Assembly (NCBI GenBank): GCA_965112735.1
Contig: OZ218959.1
Coordinates: forward strand, 1,984,001 to 2,048,000
Origin: Phaeosaccion multiseriatum
Taxonomy: Eukaryota > Protista > Ochrophyta, other classes
Direction: 5' to 3'
Length of the DNA stretch: 64,000 nt
Shown here: positions 14,936 through 36,530 of the stretch, piece after piece
Layout of the letters: every line of letters begins with the position of its first letter
Numbering within the stretch: the stretch's first letter is position 1
Notes under the pieces: model-generated
The model's input: the letters and a program-made list of their open reading frames with translations, nothing else
Databases searched by the model: none
Told to the model about the DNA's origin: nothing
Program-made: the position numbers and the translations under genes

Positions 14936-15501
14936 GGAAGGAAGGAAGAAAGGAAGGTCAGCACCAAGAATGTGTTCATCGTATTGTAGGGGGGTCTGGA
15001 GGGGTGAGGAGGAGGCAAAGGAAGGGCAGTGAAGGAGTTTATTCTATCCGTCCTCTTTTTATACAAATAAATTCATTTAACATCACCCCCCCTGCCCCCG
15101 GAAACGCCACACAATCCAACGCCACGGAAGCACTTAAGTAAGAGTACGTAGAAGTCGTCCCCGGCCCGGCCCGGCCCACCCTCATCACCTTACCCAACAT
15201 GTACGCCTCTCTCAGACTGGATACTCTCCTTATTCATCAGGTGTCGATGTCCCGATCTCGATGTCGATACATAATGGAAGACAAGGAAAATACACCGTCT
15301 TTGGGGAGGTGTGTATGCGGTAGGGGCTCGATATATGTCATCTCTCCATTATCTACACAAAATTTGCCACCCTCACAACAAAAATCTTGCCCCTGGCCAC
15401 TGAACCAGACCGACAGAGCACAGCACCTCACCAACACGAGGAGGAGGGGAACTTATCCCCTCCCCGCAGCCCCAACTCCCTCCCCAAGTGCCCACGCGGT
15501 C

Positions 15502-18115
15502 TCAGGAGGAGGAAGGGGATGAGGGGGTGCCAGAGGAGAGCAGATTGGAAGACCCTGCTGCCTTTGCTGCTGCCCACAGCGCCTGCTGCTCAAGATAGCC
15601 GGTGACGCCGTTGAGCATCACGTTGAACTCCTCTGCTGCCGCCTCTGCACTTCCCCTGACCCCCTTCTCCACGGCGTCAAACACATAAGCGGCCCCCTGT
15701 CCCTGCCCCTTGACAGCGAAGTCTGCCCAGGCTCGGGCCCTCGCTGCTGTGTCTGATGTGTCGAATCGAGACAGGTCTGGGAAGGGAAGGAGGGGGAGGA
15801 GGAGAAGCAGAAGGAGGAGGAGGAGGAGGAGGAGGAGGAGGAGGGTTGTGAGTTTGTTGTCGTTTGGCCCTTGGGTGGAGGAGGGGTGTTGTTGTTAGGC
15901 GGTGGGTGGATGCGCGGGAAAATGTGTGCGAGAGCTTTCTCTCCTGCTCCTCCTCCTCCTCCTCCCCCTCCTCCTCCTTGTTTCCCACCTCCCCCTTGCT
16001 CACCTGGAGTATTGGGCGTGACATGCGTCCCGTCGACGACGCTGTACGCAAGCTCCCCTTCCCCGAGGCCCTGTCCGAAACGCTTGAAGAGAGCCTCGGC
16101 CAAGCGGGGAGATTGATCGATAGTGTCCCTCTTGAACTGCACCACGAAGTTGTCACGGACCGTGTAGTCCGTGTTCACAAGGCCCCAGACCGTCTGTGAA
16201 ATGGGAGCAACGGAGGGAGGGAGAGGGGGAGACAAGTGAGGGAATAGGGAGACGGAAAAAAAATTGGAGTGTGGGAGAGATGGGGGAGAGGCAGGGAAGG
16301 AGGGAGCTAGGGAGGGAGAGAGAAAGGAAGGAAGTGAGATAAACCGTGACGGAGAGAGAGAAGGAGAGAGAGGGACAGAGAGAGAGGGAGGGAGAAAGAG
16401 AGGTGGGCATCAAAAAGGGCCTTAGGTGCTCAAACGAATCGCCCTCTGCTTCTCCTCCCCTTCCCCGGCATCATTCACGCTGACCGAGTCGTTGCAGACT
16501 TCGCTCCCTCTGAGTGATGCCCAACCCCCTCCATACAGAGAAAGACAAGACGGATGGCAACAGGCGGATAGCAAAACGGTACCTCCGGTGACGGCTTGAA
16601 CTCCGCCGTCCCGACGTTGTCAATCGTGTCCTTGACCCTCTGCCCCAGGGGAGACTTGAGCACTCCATCCAGGCCCGCTGAGGGTGGAGTATATGAAGAG
16701 CAGTTGGTGATACAGAGAACCGTGGTTAGTCGTGCGCCCATCATGTACTTTGGTGGTATGTGCACACGTATGTAATCACTCACCCACTCACTCACTCACT
16801 CGACTCAAGTGACCAGTCACTCACCCACCCACTCACTCACTCACTCACTCACCCGAGGCAATCGAGGCAAAGCCCGCCAATTCCTGCGGAAGGGAAAAGT
16901 TACTCCTGTCAATGCTGCTCCACAGCTTGCCTGCCTCCCGAAGCTGGCTCAGCAGGGGTACCGCCTCGTCGGCAGAGTAGTTGTTGAAGGCGATGAGCAC
17001 GTTTGCTTTGCGCCGCCTGAGGAGGGGTGGGGGGGGGGTGTGAGGAGCAGGTGTGGGCGTGAAGGGGGAGAAGGGGGACGAGGAGGAAAGCCGTTGAGGC
17101 TTAGACTCATGCTGAGGCTTAGGCTGCTGTGCGGTACAGAACGAAGTCAAACAAGGTGAGCGTACCTTCCCACCTCCCTGGCGGCCGGGTAGGAGTTGAG
17201 CAGCACGTGCAGCTTGGCCCCCAAAGAGTGTCCCACCCCGAACACGGGCACTGGCCTGAGCGTGCCCCGCCCATACACCTGTTCCAGTGCCTGGCACCCC
17301 GTTCGGAAGTCGGAGGCCGTCTGACACGCCAACTGAGAGAGGTCCACACAGACAAGAGGGTCCAAGAGGGAGAGGAAGAGAGAGAGAGAGATGAGTGAGA
17401 CAGAGGGATGGGACGGGACAGGCAGGATGGATGACACGCGCCTTTTCTTTCCTTTCGGTGCGGAATGGGATGAGTAGGATGATAGCGCCACTATTCCCCC
17501 CCCCCCCTCCTCCCTCCTCGTCCACTGCGCACCCCTCACCTCGTCGTGTAAGAAGGCGTTCGCCTTGATGGGTGTCGCCACCACAGCAAAGCCCTTCAGC
17601 GCGATCCCCTCCAGCAGGGGCTCGTAGGCATTCCGAGGCACAGCACCCACCCCCGTCCCGCCGATAAAGTGCACGATGCCCCGCGGGCAGTCGAGCTCCG
17701 GCGGTAGCGCAATCTCCGCTCCAGCGGAGCGAATCCAGTCAACCCTGCTGCCGTCGCCGCTACCGCTGTCGCTCCTGCTTTCGACGCTCTCTTCATCGCT
17801 TTCGCCACTGCTGTTTTGCTCTTGATCCCACGCCTCCCACGCGCCACTGCTGTTGGACGCGCTCAGCCGGCTGCTACCACCACCAACCCCGCGGCTCCGG
17901 CCCTTACTTCCCCGCCCTCGCTTGCCACAGTATTGGTAGGAGCCAAATGACGCCGAGCAACTGCTCCTGCCCCCCCTGCTGCTCCTTGTGCTGCCACTGC
18001 GGCTCCCCTGAGAGACTGGGGGGGAAGAGGGCGCGAACGCTAGGCACCGAGGAGAAAAACACGAGGCTGCCAAGAGCATGAGCGCAGCCCCCCCGACCAC
18101 CTCAGAGGCCACCAT
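15502..18115 (-). CDS. DUF1350 family alpha/beta-fold protein, plastid-targeted
   Basis: PRGIVHFIGG...AYEPLLE...GFAVVATP, PVFGVGHSLGAKLHVLL, NVLIAFNNYSA, EFKPSP, VVQFKRDTIDQS, GTHVTP; presequence with CLA-FAP (ASAFAP-type) motif. Confidence 0.85.
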
Positions 18116-18550
18116 CCTGCTGTACCAGAGGCAGGTGCTTCTCTCTTCTCTCAAAACCTGTCAGGTGCGGGTACGTCCACCAACTCCCCTTCTCTTCTTC
18201 CCTCCGCTCCCTACACACTCGTATTCATTATTCATTTTCTGCGGGGTATGCCGAAACCCTCCCACAATAATTTGGATCCTGAAAAATACTAACGAGCAGC
18301 ACCGGCAGCACGAGACAGAGATTGTCGAGCCACTCCGTGCCCATTACACAGAGTGAGATACATACACACACACACACAGACAGAGAGAGAGAGAGGGGGG
18401 GGAGATAGAGAAGGGACCGAGGGAGGAGAGCAGCAGAGCATAGCGGAGCACAGCGGAGAGGAGCAGACGCAATTTGACGCGACTCTGGGGAAGTGACGGT
18501 GTCACCAGTCGTCTCGGATCTTCCACAGAGGTGAGCAGGCGGACTTCACG

Positions 18551-20958
18551 ATGGTGCGTCCTCCTGCCACTGCTGCCGGTTTTGCTGTTGCCGGCTTCAT
18601 GACCACTGCGAAGCGCCCGCGGAGCAGCAGCGGCGTGGTCGGGCAGGGCGGCGTTGACCCAGCCCGTGCACGGCAGAGGGTGGAGCATGGGTACAAGAGA
18701 AGCAGGGGTAGAAGCAGCACAGCGTGTGCAAGTGCGAGCACGACGACGGAGAAGGGTACTGCATTAGAGAGGGGAGAGAGCGCGGGGCAGCAGCAGCAGC
18801 AGTCGCTCGTGACCGGTTGTAGTAGCCTTCGAATTCTTGTCGCCCGAGACGAAGAGGGCCGGGCGGCAGCAGCAGCGAAAGGCGGGTCAGGGCGGTCATC
18901 GCGAGGGAGGAGGTCTAGTCCCAGGATATCTCCGAGTAGCCGCAGTAGGAGCAGCCGAGGAGAGCGGGGCGAGGACGTCGACGCCCACGCCTCGCCACTT
19001 CAGCGGGAAAGTGGACAGCGGGGAGGAAGGGGGGGGAATTCCGTCCCCAGCCCCAAGGAGGGAGAGCATGGTGCAGGGGACGGAGTGGAGAACTCCAACC
19101 ATGGTAGTACTGGCGTTCATGTGAAACTCGTGTCTGTGGAGAGGACGGCTGCCGAGGTGAAGAAGTGCTCTGCGCTACGGGACGTGCTGGTGATGGACAC
19201 TAGCGCAGGCAGCAGCAGCAGCAGCGGCGGCCAAGAGGAGAAGGACGACGACGACGACGACGACGAGGAGGAGGAGGAGGAGGAGGAAGAAGAACAAGAG
19301 AAGGGGGAGGTGGAGCAGGACGAGGAGGAGGAGGTAGGAGAGGGGGAGGACGCGGAGGAGGAGGACGAGGAGGAGGACGAGGAGGAGGACGAGGAGGAGG
19401 AGGAGGAAGAGGAGGCGGAGGAGGAGGCGGAGGAAGAAGAGGCGACGTCGCACCAGTTCAACCCCTACAACTTCATCAAGCACCTGCCCCCTTACAGCGA
19501 AATCGTGGACAAGGAGCGAAAGGTGAGTTAGTCAGCCAGGCACGTGCCTATACTTTCTGGTGGAAGGATCATCAACGTATCAGTCACACCTCCCACCCCC
19601 TCCTCCTCACTGGATGCGAACGGAACACTTCTATACCAACCAACCACCCAACCAACCATACACCCATCCACCCACCCACCCACCAACCCCACTTCAGACC
19701 CCTGCGCTGCTTCCCTTGAAGCGTAGCCTGCGCCACTCCACACGAAAAAACACTCTCGTGCTGGACCTGGACGAAACGCTCGTCCACTGCACCCTCACCC
19801 CCATTGCCGAGCCAGACTACGTGTTTCGCGTGTGCAACGCCGGGGCGGAATACGAGGTCTTTGGGCGAAAGAGGCCCCACTTAGACCGCTTCTTGGTGGC
19901 GGTGGCGGAGCTGTTCGAGGTGGTGGTGTTCACGGCCAGTCAGAAGGTCTATGGAGAGACCATCCTCAACCGCATCGACCCCCACCACCGGCTGGTCAAG
20001 CATCGCCTGTATCGGTACGTAATGTCAAGTGTGTTGTGTACTTCGTAGTAATTGTTATGCGTAAGCCTGCGTAAGGATACCTACATGTGCATGTACCTCT
20101 CTCTCTTCTTTCTCTCTCTCCTTCTCTCTTCTCTTTTCTGTCTGTCCTCTCTCTCTCGCTCGCTCTCTCCTACTGCATTGCGTCTAATCTCATATCATTG
20201 CCGTAGCTCACGAACTCTCTCTCTCTCTCTCTTTCACTCGCTCAAACACCTCAGCAATTCCTGCCTGCAGTGGGAGGGCACCTTCCTCAAGGACCTCAAC
20301 GTGCTGGGTAGAGAGCTTCACACAGTCGCTATCGTGGACAACAGTCCCTACGTGTACGGCTTACAGGTGAGCTGCCCGATGTATCACCAACTCCTGCTGC
20401 TGCTGCTGTGTTTGAGCCGGCCCGAGAGCCACAGAGGGAGGGGAAGGAGGGGGTGCAACTCCAATATCTCTCGCCCGTCACTGTCACCAACTGCTGACTC
20501 CTGTATCACCAACTGCTGCTGCTGCTGTTTGTCCCGCACACAGGTTGACAATGGCATTCCCATCGAGAGTTGGTTCGACGACAGGAAAGACGACGAGCTG
20601 CTGCGACTGTAAGTCAGTGAAGCGAAGTGCAGTTCCTTAGGGGAGGGGAGGGGAGGGGAGGGAAGAAGGCTCATTTCCTGTCGTGGTGAGTGTGCGTGCA
20701 TGGATGCGTGCGTGCGTGTTTGTCTTTCTCGGCAGCTGTACCATGTAACCCCTTCTGGCGCCCCGTCATTCATACCTCGCCCTGTCCTACCCTTACCTTC
20801 TTGCCCTTGCCGGTCTGCTGTCGTTCGTTTCTCTCTCTGTCTCTGTCTCTCCTCTCTCTCTCAGCCTCCCCTTTCTGGAGCACCTGGCGAGTCAAGATGA
20901 CGTTCGTCCCCTCATCCGAAAGGAGTTCAAGACTCATCAACTGGTAGCGGCAGCATGA
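18551..20958 (+). CDS. CTDSPL2: CTD small phosphatase-like protein 2 (FCP1/NIF HAD phosphatase)
   Basis: FNPYNFIKHLPP, TLVLDLDETLVHC, KRPHLDRFL, EVVVFTASQKVY, FLKDLNVLGR, IVDNSP, DNGIPIESWFDD, DDVRPLIR; stop TGA 20956-20958. Confidence 0.85.
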
Positions 20959-21765
20959 AGGAGTGAGCAGCAGCAGTTGGTGATACAGCAGCACCAGCAG
21001 CACCAGCAGGACGAGACTGAGGAGGAGGAGGAGGAGGAGAAGGAGAAGGAGGAGAGCCGCTAGGTGCTGTGCTGTGTATGCTGAAGCTGGGACTGCCTGG
21101 GCGATCGCCAGAGAACAGAGACACGGTGGGAGGGAGGGACGGGCCTGGGAGAGTTGCGTGCCACCCCTGCATACAACACGGCAAGACATTGTATGTAAGA
21201 AGTGAGCGCGAGAGAGCTTGCTTCCATTCACCACGACCATGGCCTTTTCCCCCTCCGGACCCACGGAATCCTTGTCCATTATGAAGGCGTGGAGAGGGAC
21301 AGGAGAAAGAGGCTTGAAGAGAGGTTATTGCAAATGACAGGAAGCGGAGGCGTGAGGGGACGTCTCCCTTCTTGTGGAGACCACAGGGTGTGAGCCCGTG
21401 GACGGCAGAATAGAAAGGGCCTGTATAGGGAACCGGGGCGGGCGGGCGAGGCAGTGGGTCAGTCCTAAGCGGCGGATAGGCTGGCCTGGCCCTGAGAGAG
21501 GGGCCCTGACGTCCTGACACCTGATACTGATTCGCAGGCCGCCCGTGAAAACCTAATAGAAAAAGATGGTCAGCGAGAAGAGGGTTTCTCTCCTTTGTGT
21601 GTGTGTGTGTGTGTGTGTGGGTCGTTCTTTATTCGAGAGAAGAGACAAAAGATAAAGGTTCGCCTCACATCATCATGTCATCATCCTCGTTTCCCACACG
21701 AACGCATGCAAGGTGGGCGTATCGTCCACCAATGCGCCATCGCCCCAGCGGTCTAAGCAACAGGG

Positions 21766-30593
<8,828 letters not shown>

Positions 30594-31199
30594 TTACAGC
30601 AACAGCAACAATCAATTTGCAACCTTCCTTCCCGCGATCCGCGGCGGGCAAAACCGCCTTCTGCTGCCATCCCTTCCCTCAAACACAGAACACACTCTCA
30701 GAGAGGAAAAAAGAAAAAAGCATTTATTTTTCATTTTAAAGCCTGCACCATGACGAAGCGGCCCGAGCGGGGCGCCTCCCCTCCTTCGCGTGGCACGGTA
30801 CGGCCAAGTCCAGTAATCCGGCACCGGCCCTCCCCTCTTCGTAAGTCAATTAAGCGCCCTCCCCTCCTCCTTTAACCCCGGGGTCTCCCAACACTAGCCC
30901 GCGTTCACCCCTCCCCCCTCGATGCTCTACCTCTCCAGGCCATACAGCTCCTCGGCCTCGTCAGCGACATCGACACGACGACTCGGACTCCCCTCCCGCT
31001 TGATTGGATTGTGCTTCACTCCGTCTCACAATGAGTTCTTTAGGTGGCTGCCCCCCTCATCCATCCCGGGATCCTACCTCCTCGAAGCCTTCTATCCCGA
31101 GGGAAGGGGGGGGGGCTGCAGCTGCTCACACAAGAGGAGAAAGCGATACCCCACCTCACCATGGGTAGCTAGGGCACCAGCTCCGCCTTTGCTAAGTTT

Positions 31200-31780
31200 T
31201 CTCAGTGGAAGCGTGACTCCACCCCCTGCCCGCCCCTCGTGGTCGTAGTGTGCTGCAAGAAAGACGGATAAAGAGGGGAGTGCACCCGCGCTTGTGCTCG
31301 TTCTCCACCTCAGCCCCCCAGGCTCAGCAAGGTGTGGAGCACTTGGTCATTCCCGCATTGGGCAGCCAAGTGGATCGCTACAAGGCTCTCATCATCAGCT
31401 CCGTCAATGTCTGCGCCTGCCCAAACGAGCTCCTGCGCCAAAGCAGTATGTCCCTCCTGGGGCGCTATCATCACACTGGCTGCTCCAACGTCCGCGCCAG
31501 CTGCGACGAGCAGCCTCAGAACCAGGACGTGTCCATGAAAATTCGCACAGAACAGTGATGTACACAACATCACATGATCTTTGGCGTTAGCAATCTCACT
31601 CCTTGTGTTCGTCCCTCTACACTGACCGTGGCGAGAGAGGAGCATTTCCTGCATCTCACTTGGTTCACGTCCACATCCGGGGCCAGGGGCAACAGCTCCC
31701 ACTCGCGACCATAAGTGGCGAATCTCCGAAGCAGGCTTGGTTGACACTGGCGTTGGCTGCGAGGAGACTGACATCGTCAT
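31200..31780 (-). pseudogene. Ankyrin-repeat gene fragment, degenerate
   Basis: ANFHGHVLVLRLLVAAGADV, QEGHTALAQELVWAGADID, AIHLAAQCGNDQVLHTLLSLG; removing one G from the run at ~31313-31318 restores GAEVENEHKRGCTPLF...FLAAHYDH; further disruptions follow. Confidence 0.65.
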
Positions 31781-32366
31781 GTCCTTAATGCCTCAGTAGG
31801 TAGTAGTGCTCCTGCCTACCTCCGCATTACGACTGGCGTATGCCCTAAGTAGAAAAAATCGCGTCGTCGAGGGCCCAAATGGCGATGAGGGCCTGAGGGC
31901 TCACCATTTTGTGTGCTTTTCTGGCTCATGATGGCGCTGAACATGGCATTCACATCCTCTTCTTTCCTCCTCTTCCAGGGCGGTATGCTAAGAGAGGAGA
32001 GGGGGGAATTCCAAATCATCCTTCCTCCCTCTCTTCATCCTACGCCCCTCTCTTCGCTTCTTCGCCGGGAGAGATCTTCGCTCCTTTGGGCCATGATGGC
32101 ACCGAGATCGAAAACAGAGGGAAGTGGGGGGGTTACGTAAGCTTAGGCAACCTTATGTTTCCCGAGGGGACCGCGCTGAACTCTGCTGTTCTCTCACCCA
32201 CCTGCTTACCCGCACGCTCCCTCACCCACCTATTTCCAGCCCCCCCCCCCCCGCTGTTCACGCAAGGCTTCGAGGGTGTTTGTGAAAAGGACAGAGTAAA
32301 TAAAGGGTGGAAAACAAAAAGGCTGGAAGATCCAACTTTCGTTGGTGGATTTTGTTAGTTGGGGCC

Positions 32367-33085
32367 ATGGGGCAGGTACTGGAGATGTGCTCAAGCGATG
32401 ATGCTCTCGAGGAGAGCAAGCCCGCGGAGAAGCCCGCGGAGAAGGTACGTGGAGGGGAGGAGCAGTCCAGGTGGAGCAGGGATTTTTTCTTCCAGCCTTT
32501 TTTTCTCGTCTACAATGTTCCTTTCGTGCTTCCCATGACCCCACCCCCCTGCCGTTGTGCGGCCCTGTTGCACGTTGCCATCCTCGTTCGTTGTCGTCAC
32601 CCACAGTTCAAGGTGATTGGAAAGAGCGGGGCCACAATAAGGGCATCGGAGGCGTTAGATTCGCCGATCCTTTGCACGCTGACGCCAGGCACAGAGGTAC
32701 AGCTTCATTTCTTGGCCCACTGTTGTTGTATGCAAAAGACTTTATCGCCGGCCCAATCTGCTCGTGGCTTTGACTGTTTCGTGGTTGTCGTACCTGTCGT
32801 CCCCAAAGTTGTCAGCGCCTCAGCTCCCTTGAAAGGTCACGTTTTCTGCTGTTGGGTTTTTCCGATTTTCCGTCCGTCGTCTCTCTTGGTCTAAGCATTT
32901 TCTGTCCTCCCATCTTTGCCAAACCACCTCCTCTCGTGGAACAGTTGGATGTCGTGGAGGTGAAGGGCAGGCGAGCACGAATCTTGCAGCCAGTCAAGGG
33001 CTGGGGCAGCCTCGCCACGGAGTCGGGCTACATTATCATTGAGGGTTTGTCTTCATCCAGACCACGCTTCAAGGTTGAAAACTGA
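32367..33085 (+). CDS. Small protein with predicted N-myristoylation (MGQVLEMC) and an SH3b-like domain; 3' end uncertain
   Basis: Exons ~32367-32444, 32607-32696 and 32945-33085 splice in frame: FKVIGKSGATIRASEALDSPILCTLTPGTE|LDVVEVKGRRARILQPVKGWGSL. Confidence 0.6.
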
Positions 33086-34485
33086 GCAGCTGATGGCTAC
33101 GGCCGAATGAAGTGTGCCTATGTGTACTATGGAGAAGAATGAAAACGCACTTTCTTCTGCGAACGAAGGAGGCGCCGGAGGTTGTCGCGAGCGGGGTGGA
33201 GGAGGAGGACGAGGAGAGATGGAGAGAGAGAGAGAGAGAGATAGAGGGACAGGTCAACGTACGATCTATCTCTCTTTTGGGGTTTAACTCCCGAGAGAGC
33301 ACGTGATGTACAACAAATTTTGCAGTGGCTGTGGCGCGTGAAGTGTGCTTCGGTTGTTGGACGCGTGCATGCGACTGGAGAAGGTTTCGAAGCTTCACTG
33401 GGGTCCGTCCGCGGCATCAGGCGTCCTGCTACTGCCGCTGCAGCGCCCAAGGCAATGGTAGCGGCGGGGGTGGTGGGGGGGGGGGGGGGAGGGGAGGGAG
33501 GGGTTGTTTTTGGAGAAGGCACCTACAGAACTTTGAGGAACCTGCACGCGTGGAGGTGGAGGTGCTGCCCTACTTTCTCTGCAAGAGAGAGGGAGAGAGG
33601 CAGAGAGAAAGCATGCGTTCTTGATGGGCAGCTTATCTCCACACCCGAAGATGTATTCGCTTGTGTTCTTCTCTCTTGTGAAGGAGGAGACAGGGAGAGA
33701 GCGAGCAAGGACGTTGATTGAGCTCAAACTCTTTCTCCTTCCTCTCAATATAGAGCGAGAGAGATTGGGATTGAGAGAGCTTTCTGTCTGCATGCAGAAG
33801 ATACGCCCTCCCCTCGACAGGGCCGAGAGTCACTTCTCGAAACAGGGCCAACTGTTCATTTCAATTAATTTCAAATAGAATTGTAGTTTATATTGCAGCG
33901 GGGGGTCATTAGGGCTCAGCAGCAGCTCTTTTTATTGCCATGTTCATGTCATGTACACTCCATGTTTAGAATTCCTTAACTTGTGCTGCTTCCATTTTGA
34001 AACTTCAGGCCCTCTCTCGGACCAATGTTGCTGTGCCTGCCCGTCTGGTGAGCTGCTGCTGCTGCCCCTCGCAAGGCCGTCTTGACTGTCCCGCTGCTGC
34101 CGCTGCTGCTACAGCTGTTGCTCCCGCTGCTGCCCCTGCTCCCGTATCACCAACTGCTCCTCCCTGCTGCGGTCTCTTGCAGCCACTGCGTGTGTGCGTG
34201 CGTGCGTGCGCAGTATCTTGCGTCCACGTGAGCTGAGGCTCCCCGGGAGCAAGAATGGCCCCTTCCCTCTCTTCCCTGGCGGAAGATGTTGTATAGCGTA
34301 CATTCTTGTGGAGTCCGACCACCCCCAAGCTCAACTCCCACCACGGGCTGCTGCATTACCAACTGCTGCTTGCAGGTGCAAGGTGTGGGGCATATGAAAC
34401 TAGTGCAGCTCGGGGGGGGGGGGGGCAGAGGGACGGGTGGGCATTTCCGTCACCCCCTTAGGGGTGTTGCGCATCCATCCGGTGG

Positions 34486-35763
34486 TCAGTACCTCTTTTT
34501 CACCCGCTTAGACCCGCTTTTGGCTTTACCGGACTGTAGGTTCCCCACCGCCCCTCGCAAAAGGAGCAAAAGGCCCCCGAAAATACCGCAAACAATGCCC
34601 AGTGCGGTTATCCGATTCTCCTCCTTAAGTGACAAAACATCCACCTGCGTTGAGTATCATACATGCATGCGTGCGTGGGAGTGAGCGAGGAAACACAAAA
34701 AAAAAGGCCAAAGTGCGTCATTCGTCCATCCTCCACCCTGCGCCCCTTTGCTACCACGGCCACCCGACAAAACCAACTCCCCCTCCCATGTGTGCGTTCT
34801 GTCTCTTGTCACCTGAGGGCTACCTCACATACACCAAACCCCCCGCCCCCGCCTCTCTCGTAAGCCGCTCTTAGGCCGTCGTCAGAGAGCATAACCACAC
34901 ACACACCGCCTCCACGTACCTCCCGCCTAATGTATTTGTTGATCTTCTGCACCCCTTCCTTGGGTATCCTTCGCCCCATTCCACTCCTACTCATTGGTAC
35001 CTGCTGCGTGTTCCCCTCATCATCCAACTAGAGCGGGCCATGGAAAGAGCAGAGACACACACGATAGATGATGAGGACGAGCAAGCTCCGGAGGCCGAAG
35101 ACTCCCCTCCCTTCTCTGTGGACGGGTGGCACTATCACGCACAGCCCAACTCTCTCTCTCAGTCAAACAGGTTCACACAAACACGAACACACACGAACCA
35201 ACTCCCCGTCCTTCACTTGCACCACCCGCCGTGCCTACCTTATACGTGATGGCGTACGAGGAGCCTAGGCTTTTTTGCTTTCTCCGTTGCCTCGGAAGGG
35301 ACTTGCCCGAAACGATTTCCTTGTTCTTCAACTTTACTGTCTCTGCCCGCACCAGATCATCCCGTGGAAAGCTCCGAGTGGCATCGCTGTAGCAAAGCCA
35401 GGAGGCGAAGCAGCGGCAAGGGCAAAGGGGGGACGTAAGGCACCTCCTTTTCCCTCCCTACTCGAAAATGAAAACCATTCATATATAGCTTCCCCTGCGT
35501 ACGCACCTAACTCTTCCTCCTGTCACGTGGAGATAGGTACATGTGTGCATATCGCAGGTTAAGCTGGTGATTTCGCTCCTGCTCCGGCAGTGCCAGTAGC
35601 TGATGAAGCAGAGGAGGAGGGCCAGTATCGTCCAGCCCCAGGAAATGACATGGATGAATCTGATCTGCGGCATCTGTCGCATGACCTTGGGCGGCGCTCG
35701 TCCCCCCGATGCAAAGGGAAGGTCCCCATGCCCAGACTGCCTTCTTTGGAATATGCTGGCCAT
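34486..35763 (-). CDS. Hypothetical two-TM membrane protein (4 exons)
   Basis: In-frame GT-AG splicing gives MASIFQRR...WGWTILALLLCFISYWHC...SLTCDMHTC...|DATRSFPRDDLVRAE...YAITYK|LDDEG...MGRRIPKEGVQKINKYIRRE|VDVLSLKEENRITALGIVCGIFGGLLLLL...KKRY*. Confidence 0.65.
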
Positions 35764-35876
35764 GCTCCTGGTCGCTCTTGATGAAAACGCGGAGGTTATC
35801 GCAGGATGGTCGACAACCTGCGTTCTTGGATGCACAACTGGCGTACGAGCGACCGAATGCGTCATATCGCTGTTTG
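35764..35876. promoter_or_regulatory. Putative very compact bidirectional promoter region
   Basis: Only 113 bp separate the inferred divergent ATGs at 35763 (-) and 35877 (+). Confidence 0.45.
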
Positions 35877-36493
35877 ATGAAGGCCGCAATTCTTTTCGTC
35901 TCCCTCTTCCTCTCTGTCTGCTCTTCCTCCTGCGCCTTCTTTGTTTCAGGGGCAAGCCAGAAAGGGTGGGGATTTGAGAGCAAGGGCAAGAGCGAGGGCA
36001 GCAGCAGCAGCTCCGACATCAGGGAGGAGGGGCTGAGCAGAAGCAAGTTCCTCGCCACTATCACCACCGCAGCCGTGCTCTCCGTCCCCACCGTCGCGGC
36101 AATGGCTCAGTCAGACTACAGCGACCCCGACAAGGCTTTAGGACCGCTCGTCTCTTTCCAGGCAGCTCTGCAAAAGAAATTGAGGTGTGTAGATGCGGAG
36201 CGACACTAGATCCTCCCCTCCTGTGCCGCTTTCTACCTGGCAGCTCACGTCGCAACCTTCACACCTCACATCCCCCCTCCCGCCCCACACTAGGCCTTCA
36301 GCGCGGCTGCCTCTGCTGCGCACCCCGCACTCCTACTCGGAGGAGTGGAGCCTCGGCGCCCCCATCGCGACCGTCGTCGCCAATTTGAAGGAGGGTATGG
36401 ACAAGGTCAATAGCATCGAGGCACTCAAGGACGGCTTCTTGTACCAGGTGGACGACGCCACCGCCTCCAGCGATGGCAAAACGGGCTTTTTGC

Positions 36494-36530
<37 letters not shown>

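Noticed and set aside
31909-32358. 149-aa ORF with a weak LAHDG/LGHDG repeat
   Set aside because: Non-ATG start and no domain; probably promoter or 5' UTR sequence of the SH3b-like gene
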